Part shown: positions 12,833-23,374 of the stretch, piece by piece
Layout: each line of letters opens with the position of its first letter
Numbering within the stretch: position 1 is the first letter of the stretch
Assembly: GCA_048268245.1 (NCBI GenBank)
Contig: JBLWVX010000004.1
Span: forward strand, 81,041 to 145,040
Direction: 5' to 3'
Length of the DNA: 64,000 nucleotides
DNA from: Arcobacteraceae bacterium
GTDB lineage: Bacteria; Campylobacterota; Campylobacteria; Campylobacterales; Arcobacteraceae
The notes under the pieces: model-generated
Databases searched by the model: none
Told to the model about the DNA's origin: nothing
Seen by the model: only the letters and a program-made list of their open reading frames with translations
Program-made: the position numbers and the translations under genes

Positions 12833-13612
12833 ATGTACCCATCACTATTTATTTCACATGGAGCACCAAATATAATATTAGGTAATTCCTTTTCAAAAAA
12901 AAATATAAAAAAGTTTACAAAAACTCTTAAGAAACCAAAATATATTATTATCTTTTCAGCTCATTATATAACCAATGACTTAAAGATTTTGGATTATGAA
13001 AAACCTGAACTATTGTATGATTTTTATGGATTTGAAAAAGAGTTATATTCGTATAAATACGAAATAAATAGTGATAAACTTTGTTCTCTTAAAGTTTTGA
13101 AGCATTTAAATTCCCATAATTTAAATGCTTCCATACACAAAGGTAAAAATAGTTTTGATCATGGAGTATGGACAACCTTATCTATGATGTATGAAAAATT
13201 AGATATTCCTGTTATTCAAATAAGTCTACCTAGAAGTTTTAGTGATGAACAACTAATAAACTTAGGAGAAATACTAAAAGAGTTAAAAGATGAAGCCATG
13301 ATAATTACTAGTGGAGGATTAACTCACAACTTAGCGAATATGAGTGCAAATCCTGCTGTAAAAAAATATGCAAAAGATTTTAATGATTATATATATGATG
13401 CTATAACTAATGGTAAAAAACAAGAGTTATTAAAAAGTAGAAATGAACCTACTTTTTATATGAATCATCCTACTGATGAACACTTTTTACCACTATTTAT
13501 TGCATTTGGTAGTGCTAATAATAAAAAAGGAACTTCATTTAATAGTGAGATTGTTTATTCAAATATCTCAATGGAATGTTTTGCTTTTGATATAAAGGAT
13601 TTGAAATGTTAA
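12833..13612 (+). CDS. DODA/YgiD-type extradiol ring-cleavage dioxygenase
   Basis: FISHGAP, SAH, YDFYGF, DHGVW, SGGLTHNL, HPTDEHFLPL. Confidence 0.92.
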   Translation: MYPSLFISHGAPNIILGNSFSKKNIKKFTKTLKKPKYIIIFSAHYITNDLKILDYEKPELLYDFYGFEKELYSYKYEINSDKLCSLKVLKHLNSHNLNASIHKGKNSFDHGVWTTLSMMYEKLDIPVIQISLPRSFSDEQLINLGEILKELKDEAMIITSGGLTHNLANMSANPAVKKYAKDFNDYIYDAITNGKKQELLKSRNEPTFYMNHPTDEHFLPLFIAFGSANNKKGTSFNSEIVYSNISMECFAFDIKDLKC

Positions 13613-14310
13613 AAAAATTACCAAAAGAAAATATGGGAACTTCAAACCTTGGATGGCTAGAGAGTAGATTTCACTTCTCTTTTGCTGAATATAGAAATCC
13701 TGAAAATATAAACTTTGGCGTTTTAAGAGTATTAAATGATGATATTGTTCATCCACAAAGTGGCTTTGATATGCACCCACATGAAAACATGGAAATCATC
13801 TCTTATGTAGTTGATGGAGAGATTACACATAAAGACTCTATGGGTAATCAAGAGACTCTAAAAAAAGGAGAAGTTCAATATCTAAGTGCAGGTGATGGTA
13901 TTTTTCATAGTGAGCACAATCTTCATAGAAGTAAAGATTTAAGACTCTTACAAATATGGGTTTATCCTCCAAAAAGAGGACTTCCTAGACTTTATGGTTC
14001 TCATAAATTTACAAAAGAAGAAAGAGAAAACAAACTTTTAAATATAGTATCTTCACAAGATGGAAATGCAAAAATAAAAATCTATCAAGATGTACAGTTT
14101 TATGTAAGTGAACTTGAAAAAAATAAAAGCATAAAGTTTGATATAACCGAGAATAAACAAGTTTATTTTGTTTTGATTGAAGGAATAGCTTTAATAAATG
14201 GTATTGAATTAAACCATGGAGATGCTATGGAAATTACAAAAGAGAGCAATCTTGAAATCAAGGCTACTGAGAACTCACACTTTCTTTTTATTGAAATGAA
14301 AGAAGAGTAA
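13606..14310 (+). CDS. Pirin family protein (YhhW-like)
   Basis: GWL.SRFHFSF, HPH.NMEI, HKDSMGN, AG.GI.HSE. Confidence 0.93.
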   Translation: MLKKLPKENMGTSNLGWLESRFHFSFAEYRNPENINFGVLRVLNDDIVHPQSGFDMHPHENMEIISYVVDGEITHKDSMGNQETLKKGEVQYLSAGDGIFHSEHNLHRSKDLRLLQIWVYPPKRGLPRLYGSHKFTKEERENKLLNIVSSQDGNAKIKIYQDVQFYVSELEKNKSIKFDITENKQVYFVLIEGIALINGIELNHGDAMEITKESNLEIKATENSHFLFIEMKEE

Positions 14311-14325
14311 AACTCCTCTTTTCTA

Positions 14326-15036
14326 TTAAGATAAAATCTCTTCTACAGTGATATAATCACCTACTCTACCTGTCATTTTCTCTACATCAGTATTTACTGG
14401 TAGTGTTTTTTTACCAGGAACCCATCCAGCAGGACAAACTTCTCCAGTTTTTTCTGCATATTGCCATGCTTTCACTTGTCTCAAAAACTCATTTACATTT
14501 CTTCCAACCATCGGAGCTTGAACTTCTTGAGCAACTACTGTTCCTTCTGGATTAATTAAAAATCTTCCTCTAAGAGCAATACCCTCTTCTTCAATCATAA
14601 CACCAAATGCTCTACTAACAGTACCTGTTGGGTCAGCTCCTATTGTTAATTTTAATCCTTCTAATAAAGGTTCTGTTTCAACAAACCTTTTATGTGAAAA
14701 CTTTGTATCTGTAGAAACAGCTAAAATTTCAACACCTAACTCTTGAAACTCATCATATTTTGCATTCATTGCAGCAATTTCAGTTGGACACACAAATGTA
14801 AAGTCAGCTGGATAGAAACAAACTACATGCCATTTACCTTTATAATCATCACTTTTTACTTCTACATAATGTCCTGATTTTGAATCATATGCATCCATCT
14901 TAAACTCTGGGGCTTTTCTTAAAACTAAACTTGAACTCATTTTATTTTCCTTTTTATTGTTTTCTTGTATTTCATTTTCATTGTTAATAACTGTTTTATT
15001 TTTTTCAATTGGTTTTGAACCTGTATCACAAGCCAT
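14326..15036 (-). CDS. 2-Cys peroxiredoxin (AhpC/Prx1 type) with N-terminal extension
   Basis: FYPADFTFVCPTE and GEVCPAGW; AAGGA RBS before MACDTG. Confidence 0.9.
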   Translation of the reverse strand: MACDTGSKPIEKNKTVINNENEIQENNKKENKMSSSLVLRKAPEFKMDAYDSKSGHYVEVKSDDYKGKWHVVCFYPADFTFVCPTEIAAMNAKYDEFQELGVEILAVSTDTKFSHKRFVETEPLLEGLKLTIGADPTGTVSRAFGVMIEEEGIALRGRFLINPEGTVVAQEVQAPMVGRNVNEFLRQVKAWQYAEKTGEVCPAGWVPGKKTLPVNTDVEKMTGRVGDYITVEEILS

Positions 15037-15237
15037 CTTATTTCCTTAACTTGATTTATAAAGGATAATATTTATCCTTTGATAAAAGTATTCTATATGA
15101 AACTGTTTTAAATTTTGCTTAAAATTATAATTATATTTTATTTAATAAATATAATTTATACTTATATTTTTACTAATTATAAATCAACTAATCTAAGATA
15201 TGATAAAATAAAAGCATATAAAATACAGGTAATAAAA

Positions 15238-16272
15238 ATGAAACACAAAATACTACTAAATGGGGTAGGAAGAATTGGAAAAGCTATTTTAAAACAATTA
15301 CTTGATAATTCTGACTTTGAAATAGTTGCAATAAATGAAATAAACCCCTATATCAAAAATATAGTTTATTCCATAAATCATGACTCTACTTATGGAAATT
15401 TAGAAGATAAATTTAAAGTTCTAAATGAACATACAATAAGTAATTCACAAAATAAAATTAAAATATTAAACTATAAAAATTTAAATGAAATAGATTTAAA
15501 AAATATAGACTTTATTATAGATGCAAGTGGTGTAAAACATGATATAAAAGAACTTGAAAAACTTGATGTAAAAGCTATATTTTTAACTCACGCGAATCAA
15601 AATGCTCATAAAAACATCATTTTAGGAGTAAATGAAAAAGAACTAGATACAAATATACACAAAGTAATATCAACAAGTTCATGTAATGCTACAGCTTTAC
15701 TTCCAGCCCTTAAAATAGTAGATGATTTAAAACAGATAGTTTGCGGAGATATTGCAACTATTCATCCTTTGTTAAATCATCAAAGGGTTTTAGATGGAAA
15801 CTTTGTAGGAAGTGCTACAAGAGATGTGGATTATAACTTTGAGTTTGGTAGGTCATCAACTCAAAATATCATACCAAATAATACTACAACTATTAAAGCC
15901 TGTTCTTTTGCCATGCCATCAATCAACCATGATTTAATTTCATCAAACTCGCTTAGAGTTCCAACTGATACAGTAGGAGCTATAAATGTGTGTTTATTCA
16001 CACAAAAAGATACCTCAAAAGAAGAGATTATTAAAGTATTTGAAAATTATGAGAAAAATCAAAACTACCCAATAGTTTTAAACAACTATGAACCACTTGT
16101 ATCAAGTGATTTTAAAAAAGAGAATTTTACAACTATAATTGACCATAGATACACAGATGTAAAAAACAAAAAAATGATAAAACTTTTAGTTTGGTATGAT
16201 AATGAATGGGGTTATGCTTCAAAAACAATAGAGATTTTAAAATACTATACACATAAAAAAAGGGCAAGCTAA
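15238..16272 (+). CDS. Divergent GAPDH/erythrose-4-phosphate dehydrogenase-like protein
   Basis: NGVGRIG, DSTYG, SSCNAT, RVPT, WYDNEWGY; start moved to ATG 15238. Confidence 0.85.
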   Translation: MKHKILLNGVGRIGKAILKQLLDNSDFEIVAINEINPYIKNIVYSINHDSTYGNLEDKFKVLNEHTISNSQNKIKILNYKNLNEIDLKNIDFIIDASGVKHDIKELEKLDVKAIFLTHANQNAHKNIILGVNEKELDTNIHKVISTSSCNATALLPALKIVDDLKQIVCGDIATIHPLLNHQRVLDGNFVGSATRDVDYNFEFGRSSTQNIIPNNTTTIKACSFAMPSINHDLISSNSLRVPTDTVGAINVCLFTQKDTSKEEIIKVFENYEKNQNYPIVLNNYEPLVSSDFKKENFTTIIDHRYTDVKNKKMIKLLVWYDNEWGYASKTIEILKYYTHKKRAS

Positions 16273-16290
16273 AAGCTTACCCTTTTTTAT
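16253..16290. terminator. Bidirectional terminator
   Basis: aaaaaagggcaagct-aaa-agcttaccctttttt between convergent genes. Confidence 0.75.
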
Positions 16291-16309
16291 ATCTTGGCAA
16301 AAGTTTATA

Positions 16310-17305
16310 CTAGATAAACTCTACACCTTTTTCACCCTCTGCTATTTCACCAATTACATAACCATCAGTGTTTGCTAAAACAGCATCTACATTTGCAGGA
16401 TTTACTACAAGAACCATACCAACACCCATGTTGAATGTTCTGTACATTTCTTCTAACTCTACATGCTCACTCATAAATTCAAAGATTGGCAATACTTTGA
16501 TTGAGTCTCTTTTTACAACAGCTTTTAAGTTATCAGGTAAAACTCTTGGTAAATTTTCAGTAATACCACCACCTGTGATATGTGCTAAAGCATTGATATT
16601 TTCTTTGTTTGCTTTAAACTCTTTTACATAAATTCTAGTTGGCTCTAATAAAACATCTTTTAAAGGCTTTCCTTGGAAGTCATCATCTAAAGTCATTCCT
16701 AATTTTTCTAATAATAGTTTTCTAACTAGAGAGAAACCATTTGAATGAACACCTGAAGATGGTAATGCGATTAATGTATCTCCAACAGCAATTTTTTCAA
16801 TTCTATTTAACTCTTCTTTTTCTGCAATACCTACACAAAAACCAGCTAAATCAAAATCACCTTCTTTGTACATACCTGGCATTTCAGCAGTCTCACCACC
16901 AACTAGGGCACACTCAGATCTAATACAACCCTCTGCAATACCTTTTACAACATCAGTAGCTTCTTCAACTTCTAATTTTGCAGTTGCATAGTAGTCTAAG
17001 AAGAATAATGGCTCTCCAAAGTTACAAAGTAAATCGTTTGTACACATTGCAACTAAGTCAATTCCAACTGTATCAAATTTCTTTGCATCAATTGCTAACT
17101 TTAATTTTGTTCCAACACCATCTGTTCCTGATAGAATTACTGGTTGTTTATATCCAGTTGGAAGCTCAAAAGCTCCTGCGAATGATCCAATACCACCTAA
17201 TACACCTGGAATCATAGTTGATTTAACATGTGGTTTAATGTTTTCTACAAACTGATTTCCAGCATCAATATCTACACCAGCATCTTTGTAACTAACTGTT
17301 GCCAT
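16310..17305 (-). CDS. purM: AIR synthetase
   Basis: [35 protein letters not shown]. Confidence 0.98.
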   Translation of the reverse strand: MATVSYKDAGVDIDAGNQFVENIKPHVKSTMIPGVLGGIGSFAGAFELPTGYKQPVILSGTDGVGTKLKLAIDAKKFDTVGIDLVAMCTNDLLCNFGEPLFFLDYYATAKLEVEEATDVVKGIAEGCIRSECALVGGETAEMPGMYKEGDFDLAGFCVGIAEKEELNRIEKIAVGDTLIALPSSGVHSNGFSLVRKLLLEKLGMTLDDDFQGKPLKDVLLEPTRIYVKEFKANKENINALAHITGGGITENLPRVLPDNLKAVVKRDSIKVLPIFEFMSEHVELEEMYRTFNMGVGMVLVVNPANVDAVLANTDGYVIGEIAEGEKGVEFI

Positions 17306-17403
17306 TTTTCACCTTTTTTTTACGAGTTTTCTAATATCTAACTTAGTTTAAAATTTTTTTGGTATTATAACGAAATGTTTATAAATATTAAGGATTATAT
17401 ACA

Positions 17404-17949
17404 ATGAATAATAACGCATTTAATGAAATGATGGTGCACGTGCCATTATGTACGCATAAAGAAGCTTCAAATGTATTAATTATCGGTAGTGCAGATGAAG
17501 AATTAAAAGAACAGGCAGCTAAACATAATAAAGTTTCAAACATTGAGTTTGGAGATAAATCACTTTTAACATCTAAAAATGAAAAAGATATTGATGTAAT
17601 TATTTTAACAGATGTTGAAATTGATGAATTATTATTAGCAAATATTGAAAGAGTTTTAAAAGATGATGGTTTAATCACTTTTGCAACTGAATCTTTCTCT
17701 AAAAATGAAGAAAAATTAAAAGCTGATTTAACATTAGTAGGTGAGAAATTCTGGATTGCTATGCCATTTAGATTTGGACACCAAACATCTATTTTAGCTT
17801 CTAAAAGATACCACCCAACAGCTGACGTTGTATTACAAAGATCTGATTTATTAGATGATTTACAATACTACTCAACAGAAATTCACAGTGCAGTTTTTGT
17901 ATTCCCAAAAGCCGAACATGTGGCACTTACAGGTATCGCTAAAAGATAA
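17404..17949 (+). CDS. Short spermidine synthase-like protein
   Basis: EMMVHVPL..H...VLIIG, L.YY..EIH.A.F.P; truncated relative to SpeE. Confidence 0.75.
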   Translation: MNNNAFNEMMVHVPLCTHKEASNVLIIGSADEELKEQAAKHNKVSNIEFGDKSLLTSKNEKDIDVIILTDVEIDELLLANIERVLKDDGLITFATESFSKNEEKLKADLTLVGEKFWIAMPFRFGHQTSILASKRYHPTADVVLQRSDLLDDLQYYSTEIHSAVFVFPKAEHVALTGIAKR

Positions 17950-17999
17950 AATCTTACATTAAATTTTAAATAAATCATTATTATTGTAGAATCTTTTCT

Positions 18000-18593
18000 A
18001 TGAATAGTGATTTATTTAAAAATGCAATAGCCTTAACAGGCGGAATTTCCACAGGAAAAAGTACAGTTTGTAACCTTTTTAAACTACATGGTTTCTTAAT
18101 TATTGATGCAGATAAAATAGCTCATAAACTCTTAGATGAGAATAGTGCTAAAATTGCAGAGATGTTTGGTGCTCAATATGTAGATACTAATGGTAAAGTA
18201 ATTAGAAAAGAGTTAGGTAAAATCATCTTCTCCAATGAAGAGAATAAACTAAGACTTGAAGCCTTACTACATCCACTTATAAAAGAAGAAATTATAAAAC
18301 AATCGAGACTTTTTGAGAGTCAAAATAAACCATACTTTATTGATATCCCCCTATTTTTTGAAAAAATGCATTATCCAATCCCCAGATCTTTAGTTGTTTA
18401 TACTCCAAGAGATATTCAAATTCAAAGATTAATGAAAAGAGATAATATCAATGAAGAAGAAGCTATATTAAAAATCTCAAACCAATGGGATATAGAAAAG
18501 AAAAAAGATTTAGCCCATATGGTAATAGATAACTCAAAAGATTTAAAAAACCTTCAAAGTGAGGTTGAAAGAATAATGGAGGAGATAATATGA
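18000..18593 (+). CDS. coaE: Dephospho-CoA kinase
   Basis: LTGGISTGKS, IDAD, HPLI, DIPL.FE. Confidence 0.96.
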   Translation: MNSDLFKNAIALTGGISTGKSTVCNLFKLHGFLIIDADKIAHKLLDENSAKIAEMFGAQYVDTNGKVIRKELGKIIFSNEENKLRLEALLHPLIKEEIIKQSRLFESQNKPYFIDIPLFFEKMHYPIPRSLVVYTPRDIQIQRLMKRDNINEEEAILKISNQWDIEKKKDLAHMVIDNSKDLKNLQSEVERIMEEII

Positions 18594-19330
18594 CATATGC
18601 AAAATATAGTGCAAGTGGAAATGACTTTGTAATTTTTCACACTTTTGTAGAAAAAGATTACTCACAAGAAGCTATAAAATACTGTAATAGAAATGAAGGA
18701 ATTGGAGCAGATGGTTTTGTGGCACTTGTTCCAAGTAATGAGGCTGATTTCAAATGGCTTTTTTACAATAGTGATGGAAGTGAAGCTAGCATGTGTGGAA
18801 ATGCCACAAGAGCAGTTGCACACTATGCTTATAATAATGGTTTAGCTAACTCAGCAATGAAGTTTTTAACTCAAGCTGGATTAATAGAGTCAAGTGTTGA
18901 AGATAATATTGTTGAAACACAAATGACAAAACCTATTGTTATAAAAGAGCCATTTGAACAAGAAGGTCTTACATGGTACCTAATTGATACAGGGGTTCCT
19001 CATCTAGTAACGTTAACTGATAACTTAGAAAATTATGACCATGATTTATGTGCAAAAATGAGATATGAACATAATGCAAATGTTAATTTTGCAAAAGTTG
19101 AAGAAAATGGAACTTTAAAAGTTAGAACCTATGAAAGAGGTGTTGAAGGTGAAACACTTGCCTGTGGGACTGGTATGGTAGCGTGTTTTTTAAGAGCTAA
19201 TGACTTAGGGTTAGTAAAAGAAAAAGCTTTTGTTTATCCAAAAAGTAATGAAGAACTTACAATATCTAAAATAGATGATAAAATCTATTTTAAAGGTACT
19301 GTAAAAAAAGTATTCACAACTACAATTTAA
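18590..19330 (+). CDS. dapF: Diaminopimelate epimerase
   Basis: GNDF, GIGADG, MCGNA, ERGVEGETLACGTG. Confidence 0.96.
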   Translation: MTYAKYSASGNDFVIFHTFVEKDYSQEAIKYCNRNEGIGADGFVALVPSNEADFKWLFYNSDGSEASMCGNATRAVAHYAYNNGLANSAMKFLTQAGLIESSVEDNIVETQMTKPIVIKEPFEQEGLTWYLIDTGVPHLVTLTDNLENYDHDLCAKMRYEHNANVNFAKVEENGTLKVRTYERGVEGETLACGTGMVACFLRANDLGLVKEKAFVYPKSNEELTISKIDDKIYFKGTVKKVFTTTI

Positions 19331-19333
19331 TAT

Positions 19334-20083
19334 ATGAAAAAAACTAATATAAAAAAGCTACTACTAACTTTTAGTCTGGTAACCACTACTATTTTAAGTG
19401 GTGCCTTGCCAGAAGAGTACTATAAGATAAATGCTACAAAAGAATCAAAGAAATACTTTTTTGAATACTTTTATAAACTAATTGAGAATGAAAATATTAA
19501 AATTCTTAGTGAACGAAAGTTTGTAAAAAGCTATTTAAACTCAAATATTTTAGCTATAAACCCAACATCAGCGTCATTTAAAAAACTTCTTCAAATAAAA
19601 AGAAAATATAGAATTAAAAAGATTTATTCTCTTGATAAATATCTTAGAAAGATTGATATTGTACCTCCATCAATGGCCTTAGCACAAGCTGCTGTTGAGA
19701 GTGGTTGGGGAAGAAGTAGGTTTATAAAAGAAGCAAATAATGTTTTTGGACATTGGACATATAATCCAAAAATTGGAATGATGCCACTTCATAGAGATGA
19801 AGGAGCTAAGCACTTTATTAGAATTTTTAATACAGTTCAAGACTCAATTAGTGCCTATATGTTAAATCTAAACAGAAACAGAGCTTATAAAGAGTTTCAA
19901 AATAAAAGATATGAGCAAAGACAACAAGGATTGATTCCTCAAGGAGAAGAATTATCACAAACTATGCTTAATTACTCTGGTATTGGACATAACTATTTAG
20001 AGATTTTAAATAGTGTCATTAGTAAAAATAACTTAATTAAATTTGATGAAAAATTTTACAATAAAATAAAGGAAGAAAAATGA
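19334..20083 (+). CDS. Glucosaminidase (GH73/Bax-like) domain protein
   Basis: Signal peptide; [14 protein letters not shown]...NNVFG, Y..NLN. Confidence 0.88.
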   Translation: MKKTNIKKLLLTFSLVTTTILSGALPEEYYKINATKESKKYFFEYFYKLIENENIKILSERKFVKSYLNSNILAINPTSASFKKLLQIKRKYRIKKIYSLDKYLRKIDIVPPSMALAQAAVESGWGRSRFIKEANNVFGHWTYNPKIGMMPLHRDEGAKHFIRIFNTVQDSISAYMLNLNRNRAYKEFQNKRYEQRQQGLIPQGEELSQTMLNYSGIGHNYLEILNSVISKNNLIKFDEKFYNKIKEEK

Positions 20084-21249
20084 TATTTACAGCACCTCTT
20101 AAATCGGATTCTATAAAAATGATGCTACTTGGTAGTGGAGAATTAGGTAAAGAAGTAGTAATTGAAGCACAAAGATTAGGAATTGAAACAATTGCAGTTG
20201 ACTCATACAATAACGCTCCAGCTCAACTTGTTGCAAATAAAGCATATACAATAAATATGAAAAACAAAAGTGAAGTATTAGATGTTATCAGAAGAGAAAA
20301 ACCTGATTATATTTTACCTGAGGTTGAAGCTTTAAATATTGAAGCACTTTTTGAAGCTGAAAAAGAAGGATTTAATGTAATTCCAAATGCAGATGCAGTA
20401 AATAAAACTATGAACAGAAAAAACATTAGAGAGTTCGCTGCGGTTGATTTAGAGTTACCAACTTCTAAATATGAATTTGTTACAACTTTTGAAGCATTAA
20501 AACAAGCAGCTAATAATATTGGGTTCCCTTGTGTTATTAAACCTGTAATGTCTTCATCTGGTCATGGTCAAAGTATCGCAAAGTCTTCTGATGATTTAGA
20601 GAACTCATGGGAATTAGCAAAAGAAGCTAGAGGTGATGCTAGTGAATTAATTGTTGAAGAGTTTATTACATTTGATTATGAAATTACTTTACTTACAGCA
20701 AGAAATGAAAACCAAACTGTATTTTGTGAGCCAATAGGTCATATCCAACAAGATGGTGACTATATCTTCTCATGGCAACCAATGAACATGAGTGAAACTG
20801 CAAAAGAAAAATCAAAAGAAATTGCTAAAAAAATCACTAATGGTTTAGGTGGTAGAGGTATTTTTGGTGTTGAGCTTTTTGTAAAAGGTGACGAAGTTTA
20901 CTTCTCAGAAGTAAGTCCTAGACCACATGATACAGGTATGGTTACTATGATTACTCAAAGTGCTAGTGAATTTGCACTTCATGTAAGAGCTGTTTTAGGT
21001 CTTCCTTTAGATTATATTGATTATGGTTGTGGAGCTAGTGCTGCTTATAAAGCAAAAGGTGATAGCTTTAATCCAAAAGTTGATATTTTTGATTCATCAT
21101 TTACAAAAGAATCAATTATTAGAGTATTTGGGAAACCTCAATCACATGAGGGAAGAAGAATGGCAGTTGCACTTACATTTGATAAAGACTCTTCAGATAA
21201 AGCTTTACAAAAATCAAAAGAGATTATTGGAAACTTCCACGATAACTAG
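20080..21249 (+). CDS. purT: Formate-dependent GAR transformylase
   Basis: [32 protein letters not shown]. Confidence 0.97.
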   Translation: MIFTAPLKSDSIKMMLLGSGELGKEVVIEAQRLGIETIAVDSYNNAPAQLVANKAYTINMKNKSEVLDVIRREKPDYILPEVEALNIEALFEAEKEGFNVIPNADAVNKTMNRKNIREFAAVDLELPTSKYEFVTTFEALKQAANNIGFPCVIKPVMSSSGHGQSIAKSSDDLENSWELAKEARGDASELIVEEFITFDYEITLLTARNENQTVFCEPIGHIQQDGDYIFSWQPMNMSETAKEKSKEIAKKITNGLGGRGIFGVELFVKGDEVYFSEVSPRPHDTGMVTMITQSASEFALHVRAVLGLPLDYIDYGCGASAAYKAKGDSFNPKVDIFDSSFTKESIIRVFGKPQSHEGRRMAVALTFDKDSSDKALQKSKEIIGNFHDN

Positions 21250-21268
21250 AGGCGAAAGCTTTTAGTTA

Positions 21269-22375
21269 TTAGATTCTTAAATCAAAAATATACTGCATTC
21301 CACCTTTTTCATCTAATGTAGCAATATCAACAGTTCCACCTATCATCCTAGCTAGGTTTCTTGCTTCTACAATATAACTATTTGTAGAACCAGCTGTCCC
21401 TAAATACATCATGTGAATATTTTTTTCCTCAAAACCATTGTTTTTTACTATTAATTGAATACTATTTTTTGTCTGAATAATCTTTAATTCGATGAGTTTA
21501 GAAATTTTTCCTCTTTTTAACTCTTTTTTTATTAAGTCTAGACATGACTGCTCTATAAAATTTACTATTATATTTTCTAAGTATGCAATACTTAAATCAA
21601 CACTCTTTTTTAAAGTTTTTACTTGATTTTCATACTCTAAAGAGATTTTATATCTTACATTATCATAAATATAGTTATCAATTCTTCTTTTTATAATCTC
21701 AACTGGACCATCAAATTTACTTAAAGACTTTGTCTCTTTATCAAAACTATCAAAGTTATCTAAAGTCTCTTCAAATCGTTTTAGTTCTTCATATTCTAGA
21801 CTATAACTATCTATTAATTCAAATATAAATCTACTATTAATTAAATCATCCATTCCGAGTTTATTTAGATGTTTATTTAACGGTGTTGTATCAAACATAG
21901 AAATAAAGTATTTTAGAGTATAAATTTTATTTTTATAAACTGTTAAAGTATCTAAACTCTCAATTAACTCTTTTTTTTGAAGTCTTGGTAAATCCATTAA
22001 GTCTAAATCCATCATAAAAAGCTCATGGAAACTAGCATCATCATATATAAGATTTTTATCTAATTGTATATCTTTAAAACCATTTTGATCTAAAATACTT
22101 ACAGTAGTATCTCTTATATCTTCTAAAACATCTGATAGATAATCTTTAATTCTATGTATATGATTTAGAATTATTGTATGAACTTCATTATAATAATCCC
22201 TGTTTAACTTAGTCTTACCACTACTTTCAGTAGTAAACATATTATCAAATACAAAAAGGGATGTGTATTCAGGCTTTATTTTTTCAAGTTCTTCTTTTAT
22301 ATTAACAATAGATGTCTTAATTGCCAGTTCAATTTCTTTTACTTGATTATTCAAAATATCAACCTTTATAAACAC
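21269..22375 (-). CDS. Hypothetical protein with a degenerate HATPase-like C-terminus
   Basis: LENIIVNF..., IQLIVKNNG, ARNLARMIGGTVDI...GGMQYIFDL; no clear H or G2 box. Confidence 0.5.
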   Translation of the reverse strand: MFIKVDILNNQVKEIELAIKTSIVNIKEELEKIKPEYTSLFVFDNMFTTESSGKTKLNRDYYNEVHTIILNHIHRIKDYLSDVLEDIRDTTVSILDQNGFKDIQLDKNLIYDDASFHELFMMDLDLMDLPRLQKKELIESLDTLTVYKNKIYTLKYFISMFDTTPLNKHLNKLGMDDLINSRFIFELIDSYSLEYEELKRFEETLDNFDSFDKETKSLSKFDGPVEIIKRRIDNYIYDNVRYKISLEYENQVKTLKKSVDLSIAYLENIIVNFIEQSCLDLIKKELKRGKISKLIELKIIQTKNSIQLIVKNNGFEEKNIHMMYLGTAGSTNSYIVEARNLARMIGGTVDIATLDEKGGMQYIFDLRI

Positions 22376-23355
22376 TCAGGACTTGAAGAGACAAACTTGT
22401 TTAATAAAATAATCCAATTATTTTTATCATCAACAGGCATAACATCTCCTGATTTCTTTTTATAAATCGTAGCTATTTGTGCCCATTCGCCTTGTTTTGA
22501 TTTAATAGTAAATTCATCACCTTTTCTTAATACTCTTAAGATAGTAGCTTCTTCAAAAGTATCATTTCTTACATTTAAACTACTAACTTCTACTTTATAT
22601 AAACATTGATCTATATTTTTGATACTTTTTTTAACTACTGAAGCTTTTTGAAATATCTCTTTTATACTTTTGTCTTCACTATTAGCTACTTTTTTAATAG
22701 TCTGTTTTTCTTCTTTCTTTTTAATTTCTTTAGTTTTTTCTTCTTTTTTAAGATCACTTACAGAAATACCATAGTTACTTAATACAATATAGTATCCAAA
22801 TTCATCATCAAGTTTTTTATATAATTTTACAGTTTTTGTTTGAGTATTAATAGCTACTATTTTATGAGTTAATATATCATCACCTACTTTATATCGACCC
22901 TCAATATTTAAACTTTGTTCACTGTTATCACTACTAGTTTGTTTATCAAGTTTTAGCACAACAAAATTTCTACCATTAAAAGAGTACATACTTTTAATTC
23001 TAATATCTTTTAAGTTCTTTGTTCTTGTAAAGTCTGTAGTAAGTCTAGCAATTTCATTTTCATGTTTAAATACATTTTTAGCATAATCTTCGTTTGATTG
23101 AATCACTTGATTAGAAATTGTCCCTCTAGATACTGTTCCTGGAACTTGCGTAACTATTCTTTGTTTTTGTTTTTGCTGTATGTTTGATATTTGCTCTTCT
23201 AAATAGTCTTTTTCTAATCCTGTAATAGCATTAAAAAACTCTTTTGATTGTTTATCTAAAACATCAAGTTTATCGATATCATCCATACTTTTTTCTTGTG
23301 CATTAAGACTTATAAATCCTATAAATACTAAAGCAAATAATATACTTTTTTTCAT
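22366..23355 (-). CDS. Exported PilP/GspC-like protein with C-terminal SH3b domain
   Basis: Signal peptide MKKSIL..SLNA; YKVGDDIL..KIVAI motif; LNVR...ILRVLRKGDEF...GEWAQI. Confidence 0.6.
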   Translation of the reverse strand: MKKSILFALVFIGFISLNAQEKSMDDIDKLDVLDKQSKEFFNAITGLEKDYLEEQISNIQQKQKQRIVTQVPGTVSRGTISNQVIQSNEDYAKNVFKHENEIARLTTDFTRTKNLKDIRIKSMYSFNGRNFVVLKLDKQTSSDNSEQSLNIEGRYKVGDDILTHKIVAINTQTKTVKLYKKLDDEFGYYIVLSNYGISVSDLKKEEKTKEIKKKEEKQTIKKVANSEDKSIKEIFQKASVVKKSIKNIDQCLYKVEVSSLNVRNDTFEEATILRVLRKGDEFTIKSKQGEWAQIATIYKKKSGDVMPVDDKNNWIILLNKFVSSSPECL

Positions 23356-23374
23356 TTTTTCCCTTTTCAAACTC

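Noticed and set aside
14326..15036. Selenocysteine peroxiredoxin
   Set aside because: The peroxidatic residue is a normal Cys codon and there is no in-frame TGA.
15115..15237. N-terminal extension of the GAPDH-like ORF
   Set aside because: AT-rich intergenic read-through; the Rossmann motif and RBS support ATG 15238.
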